Part shown: positions 20,045-29,729 of the stretch, piece after piece
How the letters are laid out: the number at the start of each line of letters is the position of its first letter
How positions within the stretch are numbered: position 1 is the first letter of the stretch
Source: Phycisphaerales bacterium
GTDB taxonomy: Bacteria > Planctomycetota > Phycisphaerae > WQYP01
Length of the DNA stretch: 64,000 nt
Reading direction: 5' to 3'
NCBI GenBank assembly: GCA_027451365.1
Contig: DAIDJN010000040.1
Coordinates: 1 to 64,000, forward strand
Notes under the pieces: model-generated
What the model saw: only the letters and a program-made list of their open reading frames with translations
Databases searched by the model: none
Told to the model about the DNA's origin: nothing
Program-made: the position numbers and the translations under genes

Positions 20045-22831
20045 ATGACCAGCAAACCAGCCCCTGATCTGTTTGGCGCTCGCGCGGAAATAGATACGCC
20101 ATCCGGAAAAAAGACGATCTATCGTCTGGACGCTCTGTCGCAATTTGGCGCTGTTGATGAACTTCCCTACAGTATGAAAGTACTTCTGGAAGCCTGCCTG
20201 CGCCATTGCGATGGCGAACTGGTGACCAGGGAAGATGTCCAGGCCGTAGCCCGCTACGACGCCCGCAAAACCGGCGCGGTGGAAATTCCCTTTATGCCGG
20301 GCCGCGTGGTTTTGCAGGATTTTACCGGCGTGCCGGCGATGGTAGACCTTGCCGCCATGCGCGCCGCCATGGTCCGAATGGGTGGCGATCCGAAAAAGGT
20401 CAATCCCCTGGTTCCCTGCGATCTGGTGATTGACCACAGCGTGCAGGTGGATGCGTTTGCCAGCGGCATGGCGCTGCAAATTAACAGCGAGCATGAATTT
20501 GAGCGCAACCAGGAACGGTACCAGTTCCTCAAATGGGGACAGCAGGCCTTCAACAATTTCCGCGTGGTGCCGCCCGCAACCGGCATCGTTCATCAGGTGA
20601 ATCTGGAATACCTGGCCAAAGTGGTCTGGGAAAAAGATGGTGTCCTGTATCCGGATTCGCTGGTCGGCACGGATTCCCACACCACCATGATTAACGGACT
20701 GGGCGTCGTCGGCTGGGGCGTGGGCGGCATTGAAGCCGAAGCCGTCATGCTCGGCCAGCCAATCTACATGCTGCTGCCCGAAGTGGTCGGCTTCAAATTA
20801 ACCGGCAAACTGCGCGAAGGCTGCACGGCCACTGACCTTGTGCTGACCGTAACCCAACTGCTCCGCAAACATGGCGTAGTGGATAAATTTGTGGAATTTT
20901 TCGGACCGGGTCTGGCGGAAATGCCGGTGGCTAACCGTGCCACCATCGCCAATATGGCTCCGGAATATGGCGCCACCATCGGCTTTTTCCCGATCGACGA
21001 ACAGACCCTGGCCTACATGCGCCTTAGCGGACGCGATGAAAACTTGATCGGCACCGTCGAACAATATGCCAAAACGCAGGGCTTGTGGCGGAACGATTCC
21101 CGGCAGATCAACTATTCCAGCACGCTGGAATTGAACCTGGCGCAAGTCGAGCCATCGCTCGCCGGCCCCAAGCGGCCGCAGGACCGTGTCGCACTTTCCG
21201 GAATGAAATCCCAATGGCAGCACGACCTTTCGACAAGTTATGGCAAAGTTCCCGGTGCGCGCCGCGTGGGCCTGCAAAGCTGGGAGGCCGAAGGCGGACC
21301 TGCCGTGGCCAATGGCCCGGGCACCGCAACCTTGGCTGCTCCAGCGGTCGCCGATTCGGGTTTCGCCGGCGTCCCGGTGGAATATCAGGGGGCCAATTTT
21401 CGTCTTAAGCATGGGGCGGTGGTGATCGCCGCGATTACCAGTTGCACCAACACCAGCAATCCGAGTGTCATGATCGCCGCGGGGCTGGTTGCTAAAAAGG
21501 CCGCGGCGCGCGGCCTTACCCGTCAGCCATGGGTGAAAACATCGCTGGCACCGGGATCCAAAGTGGTGATGGAATATCTTAAGGCGGCGGGTCTGGTGAA
21601 GCCGCTGGAAGACTGCGGGTTTTTTCTGGTGGGCTTCGGCTGCACCACCTGCATCGGCAATTCCGGCCCGGTGCCTGAACCGATCAGCAAGGCAATCAAC
21701 GAAAATGATCTGGTGGCGACATCGGTCCTTTCCGGTAACCGCAACTTTGAAGGACGCATCAGCCCGGAAGTAAAGGCCAATTACCTGGCTTCGCCGCCGC
21801 TGGTCGTTGCCTACGCTCTGGCCGGCACCGTGGATGTGGACCTTACCTCCGAGCCAATCGGTACAGATTCCAAAGGTCAGCCCGTCATGCTTAAGGACAT
21901 CTGGCCGACGCAGGCTGAAATTGATGCCACCGTCGCCAAGGCTGTTTCCAGCGGTCAGTTCCTTTCGGAATATGCCAATGTGTTCGCCGGTTCAAACGAA
22001 TGGAAGGCTATTCACACCAGCACGGGCGATATTTTCGAATGGGATGAAAAAAGCACCTACATTCAGGAGCCTCCCTTTTTTGTGGGCTTAAAACCGGAAG
22101 TCAAACCGATTGATTCCATCCGCAATGCGCGCGTTCTGGCCTATCTGGGGGATTCCGTTACCACCGATCATATCAGTCCGGCTGGATCCATCAAAAAAGA
22201 CGGTCCGGCGGGAAAATTTCTCATCGCCAATGGCGTCGACCCCGCCATGTTCAACAGTTATGGCGCTCGCCGCGGAAACGACCGCGTCATGACCCGCGGT
22301 ACCTTTGCCAATATTCGTGTGAAAAACAGACTGGCTCCCGGCACCGAAGGCGGCGTCACCAAAGACTTCACCGATGGCCAGGTCAAACCCATTTACGATG
22401 CGGCCATGCAATACAAGGAACATGGGATCCCGCTGATTATTCTGGCCGGAAAAGACTATGGCATGGGTTCCAGCCGCGACTGGGCCGCCAAGGGAACCTT
22501 CCTGCTGGGCGCACGCGCGGTGATTGCCGAAAGTTTTGAACGCATTCATCGCAGTAATCTGGTCGGCATGGGAGTATTGCCGCTGACGTTCAAGACCGGG
22601 CAAAATGCGGAGAAACTTGGTCTTTCCGGCAAGGAAACTTTTGATCTGCAACTGCCTGTGGATTTAAAACCGCGGCAGGATATAAAAGTGACCGCCACAC
22701 GCGACGATGGCACCAAAGTGGAATTCACCGCCACCTGTCGCATTGATACCCCGGTCGAGGTGGATTACTTCCGCAATGGCGGCATTCTGCATACCGTTCT
22801 GCGCCGCATGGCGGAGGAGTCCTCCCGTTAA
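20045..22831 (+). CDS. acnA: Aconitate hydratase A
   Basis: [42 protein letters not shown] and [10 protein letters not shown]. Confidence 0.97.
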   Translation: MTSKPAPDLFGARAEIDTPSGKKTIYRLDALSQFGAVDELPYSMKVLLEACLRHCDGELVTREDVQAVARYDARKTGAVEIPFMPGRVVLQDFTGVPAMVDLAAMRAAMVRMGGDPKKVNPLVPCDLVIDHSVQVDAFASGMALQINSEHEFERNQERYQFLKWGQQAFNNFRVVPPATGIVHQVNLEYLAKVVWEKDGVLYPDSLVGTDSHTTMINGLGVVGWGVGGIEAEAVMLGQPIYMLLPEVVGFKLTGKLREGCTATDLVLTVTQLLRKHGVVDKFVEFFGPGLAEMPVANRATIANMAPEYGATIGFFPIDEQTLAYMRLSGRDENLIGTVEQYAKTQGLWRNDSRQINYSSTLELNLAQVEPSLAGPKRPQDRVALSGMKSQWQHDLSTSYGKVPGARRVGLQSWEAEGGPAVANGPGTATLAAPAVADSGFAGVPVEYQGANFRLKHGAVVIAAITSCTNTSNPSVMIAAGLVAKKAAARGLTRQPWVKTSLAPGSKVVMEYLKAAGLVKPLEDCGFFLVGFGCTTCIGNSGPVPEPISKAINENDLVATSVLSGNRNFEGRISPEVKANYLASPPLVVAYALAGTVDVDLTSEPIGTDSKGQPVMLKDIWPTQAEIDATVAKAVSSGQFLSEYANVFAGSNEWKAIHTSTGDIFEWDEKSTYIQEPPFFVGLKPEVKPIDSIRNARVLAYLGDSVTTDHISPAGSIKKDGPAGKFLIANGVDPAMFNSYGARRGNDRVMTRGTFANIRVKNRLAPGTEGGVTKDFTDGQVKPIYDAAMQYKEHGIPLIILAGKDYGMGSSRDWAAKGTFLLGARAVIAESFERIHRSNLVGMGVLPLTFKTGQNAEKLGLSGKETFDLQLPVDLKPRQDIKVTATRDDGTKVEFTATCRIDTPVEVDYFRNGGILHTVLRRMAEESSR

Positions 22832-22966
22832 TGAGTGGCGCATCTTCTTGGGGGCGAAACGAACGTTTCCGCCTTACGGTCGAAGCCTGCGCGACATTTA
22901 CACAGCGCGCTGACGTGGCGCGAGCTTTCACAATAAACCAATGGCGAATGGCAAGGAATCAGTCCC

Positions 22967-23953
22967 ATGGAATCACCCCGGCAAAACGAATCTCTTTACA
23001 TCGGACTTGATCTAGGCGGTACGAATATCAAGGCTGGCCTGGTTAACCCCGCCGGGCAGGTGCTTGCCCGCGTAAGCGTCGTCACCGGCCGCGGCCCGGA
23101 AACGGTCATTGGCAATATGATCGCCGCGGCACATGGGGTGCTTAAAACCGCGCGAAAATCTTTGGATCAAATTACCGCTGTCGGTATTGCCTCCCCCGGT
23201 CCGCTTTCCACCAGCCGCGGGGTAGTGTTGCGCAGCGCCAATTTGCCCGGCTGGGAAAATGTTCCACTGCGCGACCGCATCAGTGCGGAACTCGGCAAGC
23301 CCGCCGTGCTGGAAAATGATGCCCGCAGCGCCGCATTCGGTGAATACTGGGGTGGCAGCGGGCGCCAGGCCGGCGTGCGCGATTTCCTTATGATTACCCT
23401 TGGCACCGGCGTGGGAGGCGGCTTCGTGCATGATGGCAAACTGGTCAGCGGCGCGCACGATATGGCGGGGGAAATTGGTCACACCATTGTGGTGCCCGGC
23501 GGCGAACTTTGTGGCTGCGGCCAGAAAGGCTGCCTGGAAGTGTACACCGCCGCCAGTCGGCTGGGCCGCCGCGCCCGCCTGATGATTCGTGAACAGGGAC
23601 GGCGTAATTCCACCCTGCGCAACGTGCTGGAACGTGATGGCATGGTCACCGCGCGCGATGTGGAACAGGAAGCCCGCAGCGGCGATACCCTGGCTCAGGA
23701 GATATGGGACGACATGTGCCGCATGTTAGCGCTTGCATGTGTGAATGCGGTTCATTGGCTGGATCCCAAACTGATCGTGCTGGCCGGCGGAATGGCCGGT
23801 GCCGGCGATTTTCTGGTGGACCCCGTCAGGCGGTACTTTTCAGAACAATACTGGCACATGTCGCCGCCAGAGGTGGATATCCGCACCGCCGAACTCGGCA
23901 ATGACGCCGGCGCTGTCGGTGCCGCCATGCTGGCCATGCAACTTCACACCTGA
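22967..23953 (+). CDS. ROK family sugar kinase (glucokinase-like)
   Basis: GLDLGGT, ENDA, TLGTGVGGG and GEIGH..CGCG..GCLE. Confidence 0.92.
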   Translation: MESPRQNESLYIGLDLGGTNIKAGLVNPAGQVLARVSVVTGRGPETVIGNMIAAAHGVLKTARKSLDQITAVGIASPGPLSTSRGVVLRSANLPGWENVPLRDRISAELGKPAVLENDARSAAFGEYWGGSGRQAGVRDFLMITLGTGVGGGFVHDGKLVSGAHDMAGEIGHTIVVPGGELCGCGQKGCLEVYTAASRLGRRARLMIREQGRRNSTLRNVLERDGMVTARDVEQEARSGDTLAQEIWDDMCRMLALACVNAVHWLDPKLIVLAGGMAGAGDFLVDPVRRYFSEQYWHMSPPEVDIRTAELGNDAGAVGAAMLAMQLHT

Positions 23954-24209
23954 CCCCGCGCCGGACATTTATGCCCCGTCGCATCCGCCTGCGGTGCCGG
24001 TGAATCTGCGGGTATTCTTGGCGGGTCACGCACCGGCTTTCAATTGATTCGCGTTACCGACTTGTTACACTTACGCCATCAATGAATTCGTCAAAACCTG
24101 ATGGAGATTGTGATGTTGACCACGCAAGGGTCCGCGATGCCGCCCGCCGCGGAGCGCCAACTATCGCGGCGCGCGGATAACGCGACGCGAGCCAAAATCC
24201 GCCTGAGTC

Positions 24210-24579
24210 TGTAATACTCCCCAAAAACCGGGCGCGCTGCTAAGGTAGTTTTTTCCCAGTTTTCGGAGTCTATTTTATGTCGGTAAAACGTCGTCAGTTT
24301 ACGTCGCAGTTCAAAGCCAAGGTGGCCATGGAGGCGATGAAGGGCCAGCGGACTATTGGTGAGTTGGCGGGTTTTTATCAGGTTCATCCGCCGCCGGGTT
24401 ATCAGGCACCGGCGGAAGTATATCAGGCTCGACCGACGGTTGGTCGCGGCCGTGGCGCGGCGGGCGGCAAAGCTGCCCCTCCGCTCGCCCTTCGGGCTCC
24501 CTGCAGGGCTGCCTTGCTACGGTGGAAGGCTCTCTCTTAGCAAAGCCTGTTTTGCGCCCAGTTGACAGGGAGTACCTCA
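24210..24579 (+). mobile_element. Non-autonomous IS3-family derivative (MITE-like), copy 1, 370 bp
   Basis: TG...CA ends; imperfect 26-bp IRs (TGTAATACTCCCCAAAAACCGGGCGC vs TGAGGTACTCCCTGTCAACTGGGCGC); OrfA start (KRRQFTSQFKAKVAMEA...YQVHP) joined to an OrfB-like end (GYQAPAEVY). Confidence 0.85.
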
Positions 24580-24790
24580 GGCTGTGATTTTCAACCCGAT
24601 CCTTGTTGATGCGTCTACGTGCCAACGCGTTCCGGGCACTGCAGAGTGATGGCGCTGCGTGCTATTGCATTCCAGCCGGACCGCTGCGGAATTTACGCCT
24701 CCAATTTCAGCATGGGATGGGTGCTCGTGGGCCGCAGCGTCCGCTCCTCGGCGCGTCATTGAAGCGGCAGAAAGGAAAGTTCGGGGGGCG

Positions 24791-25246
24791 TCAAGCCCTG
24801 GGAAGTGCCAGGACATCGAAGGGGTTGAGGGGTTCAATCTCGGTGAATATCCGGAAGTCGGCGTCGTTGAAGGTCAGTAGTTTAGCGACGCGATGCTGGA
24901 TCATCAGGGCGACCAGGCGGACGTCGTGGGCGCGCTTACCAGTGATGGCGTACTTGGCGATCAACCCCTCCCAAGCGGGATAAACCTGTGGCGTTTCGGG
25001 CAGGAGTTCAAATAGAGCGCGGGCGGCGGCAATCTCGGCACCAGCCTGCTGGGAGTTCAAGCCAAAACCGTTGACCTTGGCCGGCCGGGTGCAGACGACG
25101 TACATCTCGTAAAGGCTTTGGGGTGCGATGGCGAATTGTTCCTGATCGCGCAGGGTAAGCAATTGCAGGGCGTCCAGGGCGATCTGCCGGTGCGGATGGT
25201 CGATCTGGGCGAGGCGCAGGGGGATGTTGGTATCAACGAGGATCAT
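24791..25246 (-). CDS. vapC: PIN-domain (VapC-like) toxin
   Basis: ILVDTNI, QSLYE, AHDVRLVA and LLTFNDADF acidic PIN motifs. Confidence 0.85.
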   Translation of the reverse strand: MILVDTNIPLRLAQIDHPHRQIALDALQLLTLRDQEQFAIAPQSLYEMYVVCTRPAKVNGFGLNSQQAGAEIAAARALFELLPETPQVYPAWEGLIAKYAITGKRAHDVRLVALMIQHRVAKLLTFNDADFRIFTEIEPLNPFDVLALPRA

Positions 25247-25448
25247 CAATTGTCCCAGTGTAAATACTCTCGCGGCTGTCATCTACTCTTTGGCCCAGGG
25301 GCTTGTGGCTATCGGCCCAAGCTCGCAGGCTTCTGATCCAGGGATTTTCGGAGCCTTGCTGATCGAGCACGATAACGCGGACCGTATGGCCATGCAGGTC
25401 ATGGCTCTTGACCAAGTCGTCCCATTTACCTTGGATAATCTGGGGCAT
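25233..25448 (-). CDS. Putative antitoxin of the PIN toxin
   Basis: 71 aa; upstream of the PIN gene and overlapping it by 14 nt; C-terminal DDSRESIY. Confidence 0.75.
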   Translation of the reverse strand: MPQIIQGKWDDLVKSHDLHGHTVRVIVLDQQGSENPWIRSLRAWADSHKPLGQRVDDSRESIYTGTIDDPR

Positions 25449-25611
25449 TGGTAGTCACCTCAAAAACTGACACCATTATAGCGCATCATATCGCCCTGCG
25501 GCCAGCATTTTGGGCGGCCAGAGCGTCAATGACCTTCAAAACGGTCTTCTGATCGTGCGCCGGAAAACATCTCTGCAAGCTCATGCGTTTCAAGACACGC
25601 CATGATTCACC

Positions 25612-25800
25612 TTAGCTGCACAAGATTATTATAGCGTGCCGATGCACCGTCAACAACGCCATCCGCGAATGGAAATCGCGGCGGAAGTGGCGACGCTTCA
25701 TCTCGACGTCAATGCGCACGTTATCCACGGCGCGGTAAGCGATCGGTTTCGGCGGCGGCGCGCGACCGCGATAAACTTCCTCTGGCATGCGGATGCCGCC
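25612..25800 (-). pseudogene. Probable C-terminal remnant of an integrase-core transposase
   Basis: GGIRMPEEVYRGR resembles the (L)GGRTPxEVY end of rve-type transposases; no catalytic core upstream. Confidence 0.4.
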
Positions 25801-25963
25801 ATTTTTGCGCATTGCTGCACAAGCGGCCAGTGATGGGGCTTTTCCTTTTAGCCGCCCGTTGAAACCGTTGCCTTGAAATTCCGTTGCCGGGTTGGTTCCG
25901 CTCCATCGCCACGCGGCAACGAAATGTTTCCCCGGCCCGGCTCCATCGGCTAAACTGTTGTCC

Positions 25964-26644
25964 ATGAACGCGACTCAAGAAAAAATAATACTTTCCCGGA
26001 TCAGGGCGGGCCTCGCCTGGCTGACGCCGCTGCTTTTACTTTTTTTAGCCGCTTTAATCGCCTTGGCTTCTGGCCTGGCCGGCCCGACCGGCGCATCGGC
26101 GAAAACGCCCGGCGTCCCGCAAAACCAAGTCTGGGGAAATTGCGCAGGAATGCTCCAATCGCGTCCGGTTCAGACGCCGCAAAGCCTTGAATTGCAACGG
26201 GAACACTCCATTGGCCGGTACGATTTGGCGGTGGGTGATACTCTTGCCGCAGAGAGTACTGCGGTTCGGACGAACGCCGACTTGGTGCAGGAAATTGCAA
26301 CGCGGGCTGATGCGTGGGGAGTTCGGGAGGGGCTGGGCGATGGACCTGTGGCTGGTACCCTGAAGCATGGCTATGCCGACCGTCTGCTGACACGGTATCA
26401 AAGCATGTTTGGGGATCGGGGGCTTTCAACGGAGGTTCGTTACCTCAACGGCAATCTGTGGCGGCCCGGTAATCCCCTCACGGGCTCGGTCCGCCTTGAT
26501 GTGGTTGAAGGCCCTTTGAACAATCCAAGGTGGGTCTGGGACTACAAATTTGGCGATTCACAGTTGACCCCGGCCCGCATCAGCCAGATTCGCGCAGGTG
26601 CGGGGTTGGGGTCGAACGTACCAGTCGACGAAGTGAGGCCATGA
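25964..26644 (+). CDS. Small polymorphic-toxin-like protein: signal peptide, linker, C-terminal PD-(D/E)XK nuclease-like domain
   Basis: Hydrophobic N-terminus; C-terminal GTLKH...EVRY...GSVRLDVVEG...WDYKFG. Confidence 0.7.
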   Translation: MNATQEKIILSRIRAGLAWLTPLLLLFLAALIALASGLAGPTGASAKTPGVPQNQVWGNCAGMLQSRPVQTPQSLELQREHSIGRYDLAVGDTLAAESTAVRTNADLVQEIATRADAWGVREGLGDGPVAGTLKHGYADRLLTRYQSMFGDRGLSTEVRYLNGNLWRPGNPLTGSVRLDVVEGPLNNPRWVWDYKFGDSQLTPARISQIRAGAGLGSNVPVDEVRP

Positions 26645-27237
26645 TGGCGATTCCATTACCACTGACAAAAAAGCAACTCAGAGGAATAGTTGAGAGTTAC
26701 GCCCAGGTATTTTCTGATTGGAAGCTTGTTGGCGGTGACCGGCTTGAACGATCATCTGGTCCTGTGGTCCAGCAGATCGGCTTTGAGGCTCTACGTTCCG
26801 GTGCTTACCGTCCGATGGGGGCGATATGGGCTCGGCCGTTGCCCACCGTCGCGATGTTGCACCAATTCCTTGATGTCAAACATCGGCAGGTCCTTCTTCG
26901 CGAGCATCCAACAAAGTGGAAGGGTATCGTGGCGGCGATGGAGCAGCAGTTCTGTCCCCTGATCCGCCAGCCTCTGGACTTGCGGGAGGTCCAGCGACTT
27001 TGTGAGAAAGCGGCAAAAAAATCAACTAACGACCTGTGCATGTTGGCGATTTTGCACGCCTATCTCGGCGAGAGGGAGCAAGCTTTGTCTTGCTGCGATC
27101 GAATGCAAACATCGCCGTCGCCAACCTTGGCTCCCCGCCTCGATTGGGAAGAGCGGCACAGGGAGTTTGGACTCCAATTGCGACGGGCCATCGAAACAGG
27201 GAATGAGCGCCGCTTTCTGGAGACAACGCCAGTGTAA
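26641..27237 (+). CDS. Putative cognate immunity protein
   Basis: ATGA overlap with the toxin stop; 198 aa, no signal peptide; stop codon lies inside the adjacent element's IR. Confidence 0.65.
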   Translation: MMAIPLPLTKKQLRGIVESYAQVFSDWKLVGGDRLERSSGPVVQQIGFEALRSGAYRPMGAIWARPLPTVAMLHQFLDVKHRQVLLREHPTKWKGIVAAMEQQFCPLIRQPLDLREVQRLCEKAAKKSTNDLCMLAILHAYLGEREQALSCCDRMQTSPSPTLAPRLDWEERHREFGLQLRRAIETGNERRFLETTPV

Positions 27238-27602
27238 TACTCCCCAAAAACTGGGCGCGCTGCTAAGGTAGTTTTTTCCCAGTTTTCGGAGTCTATTTTA
27301 TGTCGGCAAAACGTCGTCAGTTTACGTCGCAGTTCAAAGCCAAGGTGGCCATGGAGGCGATGAAGGGCCGGCGGACTATTGGTGAGTTGGCGGGTTTTTA
27401 TCGGGCTCATCCGCCGCTGGGTTTTCAGGTGCCGGTGGACGTATATCAGGCTCGACCGACGGTCGGTCGCAGCCGTGGCGCGGCGGGCGACAAGGCCGCC
27501 CCTCTGCTCGCCCTTCGGGCTCCCTGCAGGGCTGCCTTGCTACGGTGGAAGACTCTCTCTTAGCAAAGCCTGTTTTGCGCCCAGTTGACAGGGAGTACCT
27601 CA
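27233..27602 (+). mobile_element. Non-autonomous IS3-family derivative (MITE-like), copy 2, 370 bp
   Basis: Direct repeat of 24210-24579; same length and same deletion junction; about 18 substitutions by manual count. Confidence 0.85.
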
Positions 27603-27723
27603 ACGTATTCGCGTTTAGGTTACGCCGCCTTTATTCTCCTGTCCACAAGATTTGACAATAGCTCGTTGTCGCCACAGGTTTTGTGACCTACAGTTAATCG
27701 CGTGCGCCGCTTTTGGATTGCAC

Positions 27724-29508
27724 ATGACGGACGGAATTTGCTTGACCGAACCCATTACCGATAATCAGCCGCTCTGGAATCTGCTTACACCGCGGCTTCG
27801 CCGCACACTGCTGGATGGTTTCGCCATGGCCCAACGCGCCGGGGTGCCATCGGTCGGCCCGCGGCATCTGTTGGTGGCATTGTGCGCGGACACAATGTCC
27901 GCCGCTCAATTTATGCTGCGCCACGCCGGCCTGGACCCGGCGCGGCTGGCCAGCCACTTTCCACCGGAGACTCCATCCGCCGCGGCTTCGGCCGCCGACG
28001 GTTTTTCACCGGAATGTCTGCGTCTGCTGCATGATGCCGCGGCGAAGGCTCAGCGGACCGGCTCACGGCATATCTGTACGGAACATCTGCTGTTGGCGAT
28101 GTGCGCGGACGCGGATGTCGGGCCGCTGCTGGAAAAACATCTGTTCACCGAAAAAGCGGCTCGCAAAGGTCTTGCGGCATGGCGCAGAAAAGATTTTATT
28201 ACCCAGCGCGTGGGCCTTGGTCTGGAACCGCAAAACCGCCTGCGTGTGAAGCTGACCCCTGGCGGTCTGCTTGGCCGATTTACCGCGGCGATGACCCTTC
28301 CGGTGAAAATATTCCGGGACAAAAGCCTGCTGCATCCCGGTTTCGCCCGCAACCCATATCCCTTGTACGATCAATTGCGCGGTAAAGCCGCCTTGCGGAG
28401 AGACCCGGTCCTGCCCGCCTGGACCGGCTTTCGTTATGCCGACGCTCAGGCTCTGCTCAAAGACCCCCGTTTCGGTCGCGCACCATTTACAATGGATGCT
28501 TTTACGGCCAGGGCGCTGGTCCAATTGCAGGCTCCGTCCGAACCGGATCGCCTGTTCGCGATGATGCTGTTTTCCGACCCGCCGCGCCACACGAAGCTGC
28601 GCGGCGCTTTTATGCGGGCGATGGGTTCAATATCGCTGGCGGCGTTGCGACCGGCCATGTCGGCACAAGCTCGGACGCTGCTGGAAACCGCCAAAGCCCG
28701 TGGCCGGCTGGATATTGTGACCGATTTTGCGGTCCCATTCCCGGTTATTGTTATTACCGCACTCTTCGGTCTGCCACCCCAAGACATGCCGCGGCTCAAA
28801 CATTGGTCCGACGAAATGACTCCGGCCATTGAAATAAATCCGTCGGCGGCCCAGTTGGACGCGGCGGACGTTGCCTACAACCAATTCACGAAATATCTGC
28901 AGGACAAGCTCAAAACCATCAGCACACATCCGGACGCCCATCTGTTAAGTGCATTGATTACACGAGGCGGGGCCGACATTTCCCCCGTCGGGTTTGTAGC
29001 CAACTGCATGTTGCTGCTTATGGCTGGCCATGAAACCACCACCAGTCTTATTTCCAACGGGTTGTGGCTGCTTCTGACGCACCCGGCCGCACTGGCAGAC
29101 CTGAAAGCACATCCGGAAAAAATGGCCGCCGCGGTGGAAGAAATTCTTCGATTTGAAAGCCCGGTGCAATGGACCGGACGTATGGCAGCGGAGGATGTTC
29201 AATGGGGTGACCAGATAATTCATCGCGGGGAACTTGTGCTTTTTTCACTGGGGGCCGCAAACCGGGACCCCGCTCAGTTTGCCAATCCGAATGTTTTTGA
29301 CATCAACCGGACCGATAACCGTCATCTGGCATTTGGCATGGGAATTCATTTCTGCCTTGGTGCCATGCTCGCACGCATTGAAGCCCAGATTGCGCTGGAA
29401 GTCTTCCTTCAGACCTTTCCAAATGCCCGGCTTGGGCACGCGTCCATTCGCTGGCGCAAAGGGCTGGTCTTGCGCTGCCCCGTCCGACTGGATGTGGATA
29501 TGGCCTGA
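27724..29508 (+). CDS. Cytochrome P450 with an N-terminal Clp N-domain (two Clp repeats)
   Basis: LTPRLRRTL..AQ....VGPRHLLVAL and FSPECLRLL..AQ....ICTEHLLLAM; then DPPRHTKLR, AGHETT, EEILRFESPV and HLAFGMGIHFCLG; start uncertain (27652-27742). Confidence 0.85.
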   Translation: MTDGICLTEPITDNQPLWNLLTPRLRRTLLDGFAMAQRAGVPSVGPRHLLVALCADTMSAAQFMLRHAGLDPARLASHFPPETPSAAASAADGFSPECLRLLHDAAAKAQRTGSRHICTEHLLLAMCADADVGPLLEKHLFTEKAARKGLAAWRRKDFITQRVGLGLEPQNRLRVKLTPGGLLGRFTAAMTLPVKIFRDKSLLHPGFARNPYPLYDQLRGKAALRRDPVLPAWTGFRYADAQALLKDPRFGRAPFTMDAFTARALVQLQAPSEPDRLFAMMLFSDPPRHTKLRGAFMRAMGSISLAALRPAMSAQARTLLETAKARGRLDIVTDFAVPFPVIVITALFGLPPQDMPRLKHWSDEMTPAIEINPSAAQLDAADVAYNQFTKYLQDKLKTISTHPDAHLLSALITRGGADISPVGFVANCMLLLMAGHETTTSLISNGLWLLLTHPAALADLKAHPEKMAAAVEEILRFESPVQWTGRMAAEDVQWGDQIIHRGELVLFSLGAANRDPAQFANPNVFDINRTDNRHLAFGMGIHFCLGAMLARIEAQIALEVFLQTFPNARLGHASIRWRKGLVLRCPVRLDVDMA

Positions 29509-29729
29509 TTCGCATTTCTCCGATACCATGGCGGCAGTACGAACCGCGAGTTTTCCGCATCAGCGAAAGATTTCGCCGGGCAGTACGGGTTGCGGGTCTT
29601 TCCGCCTGAAATGGATATCGGGTCGCCGCGGGTGCAGATGCGGGTCCGCCAAAGAACTCAAAACGGGCAAGCTGCCGTGCGCCAAAGTCGGCAACCCTGA
29701 TGACGCCCGAATAGAAATAAGGGAATTCC

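Noticed and set aside
24210..27602. Integron cassette array or CRISPR interpretation of the repeats
   Set aside because: Repeats are 370 bp with IS3-type ends and transposase remnants; no attC motifs, integron integrase or cas genes
24205..27607. Target-site duplications around the mini-elements
   Set aside because: Flanks GTC|GGC, CAG|ACG and outer GTC|ACG show no 3-4 bp direct repeat
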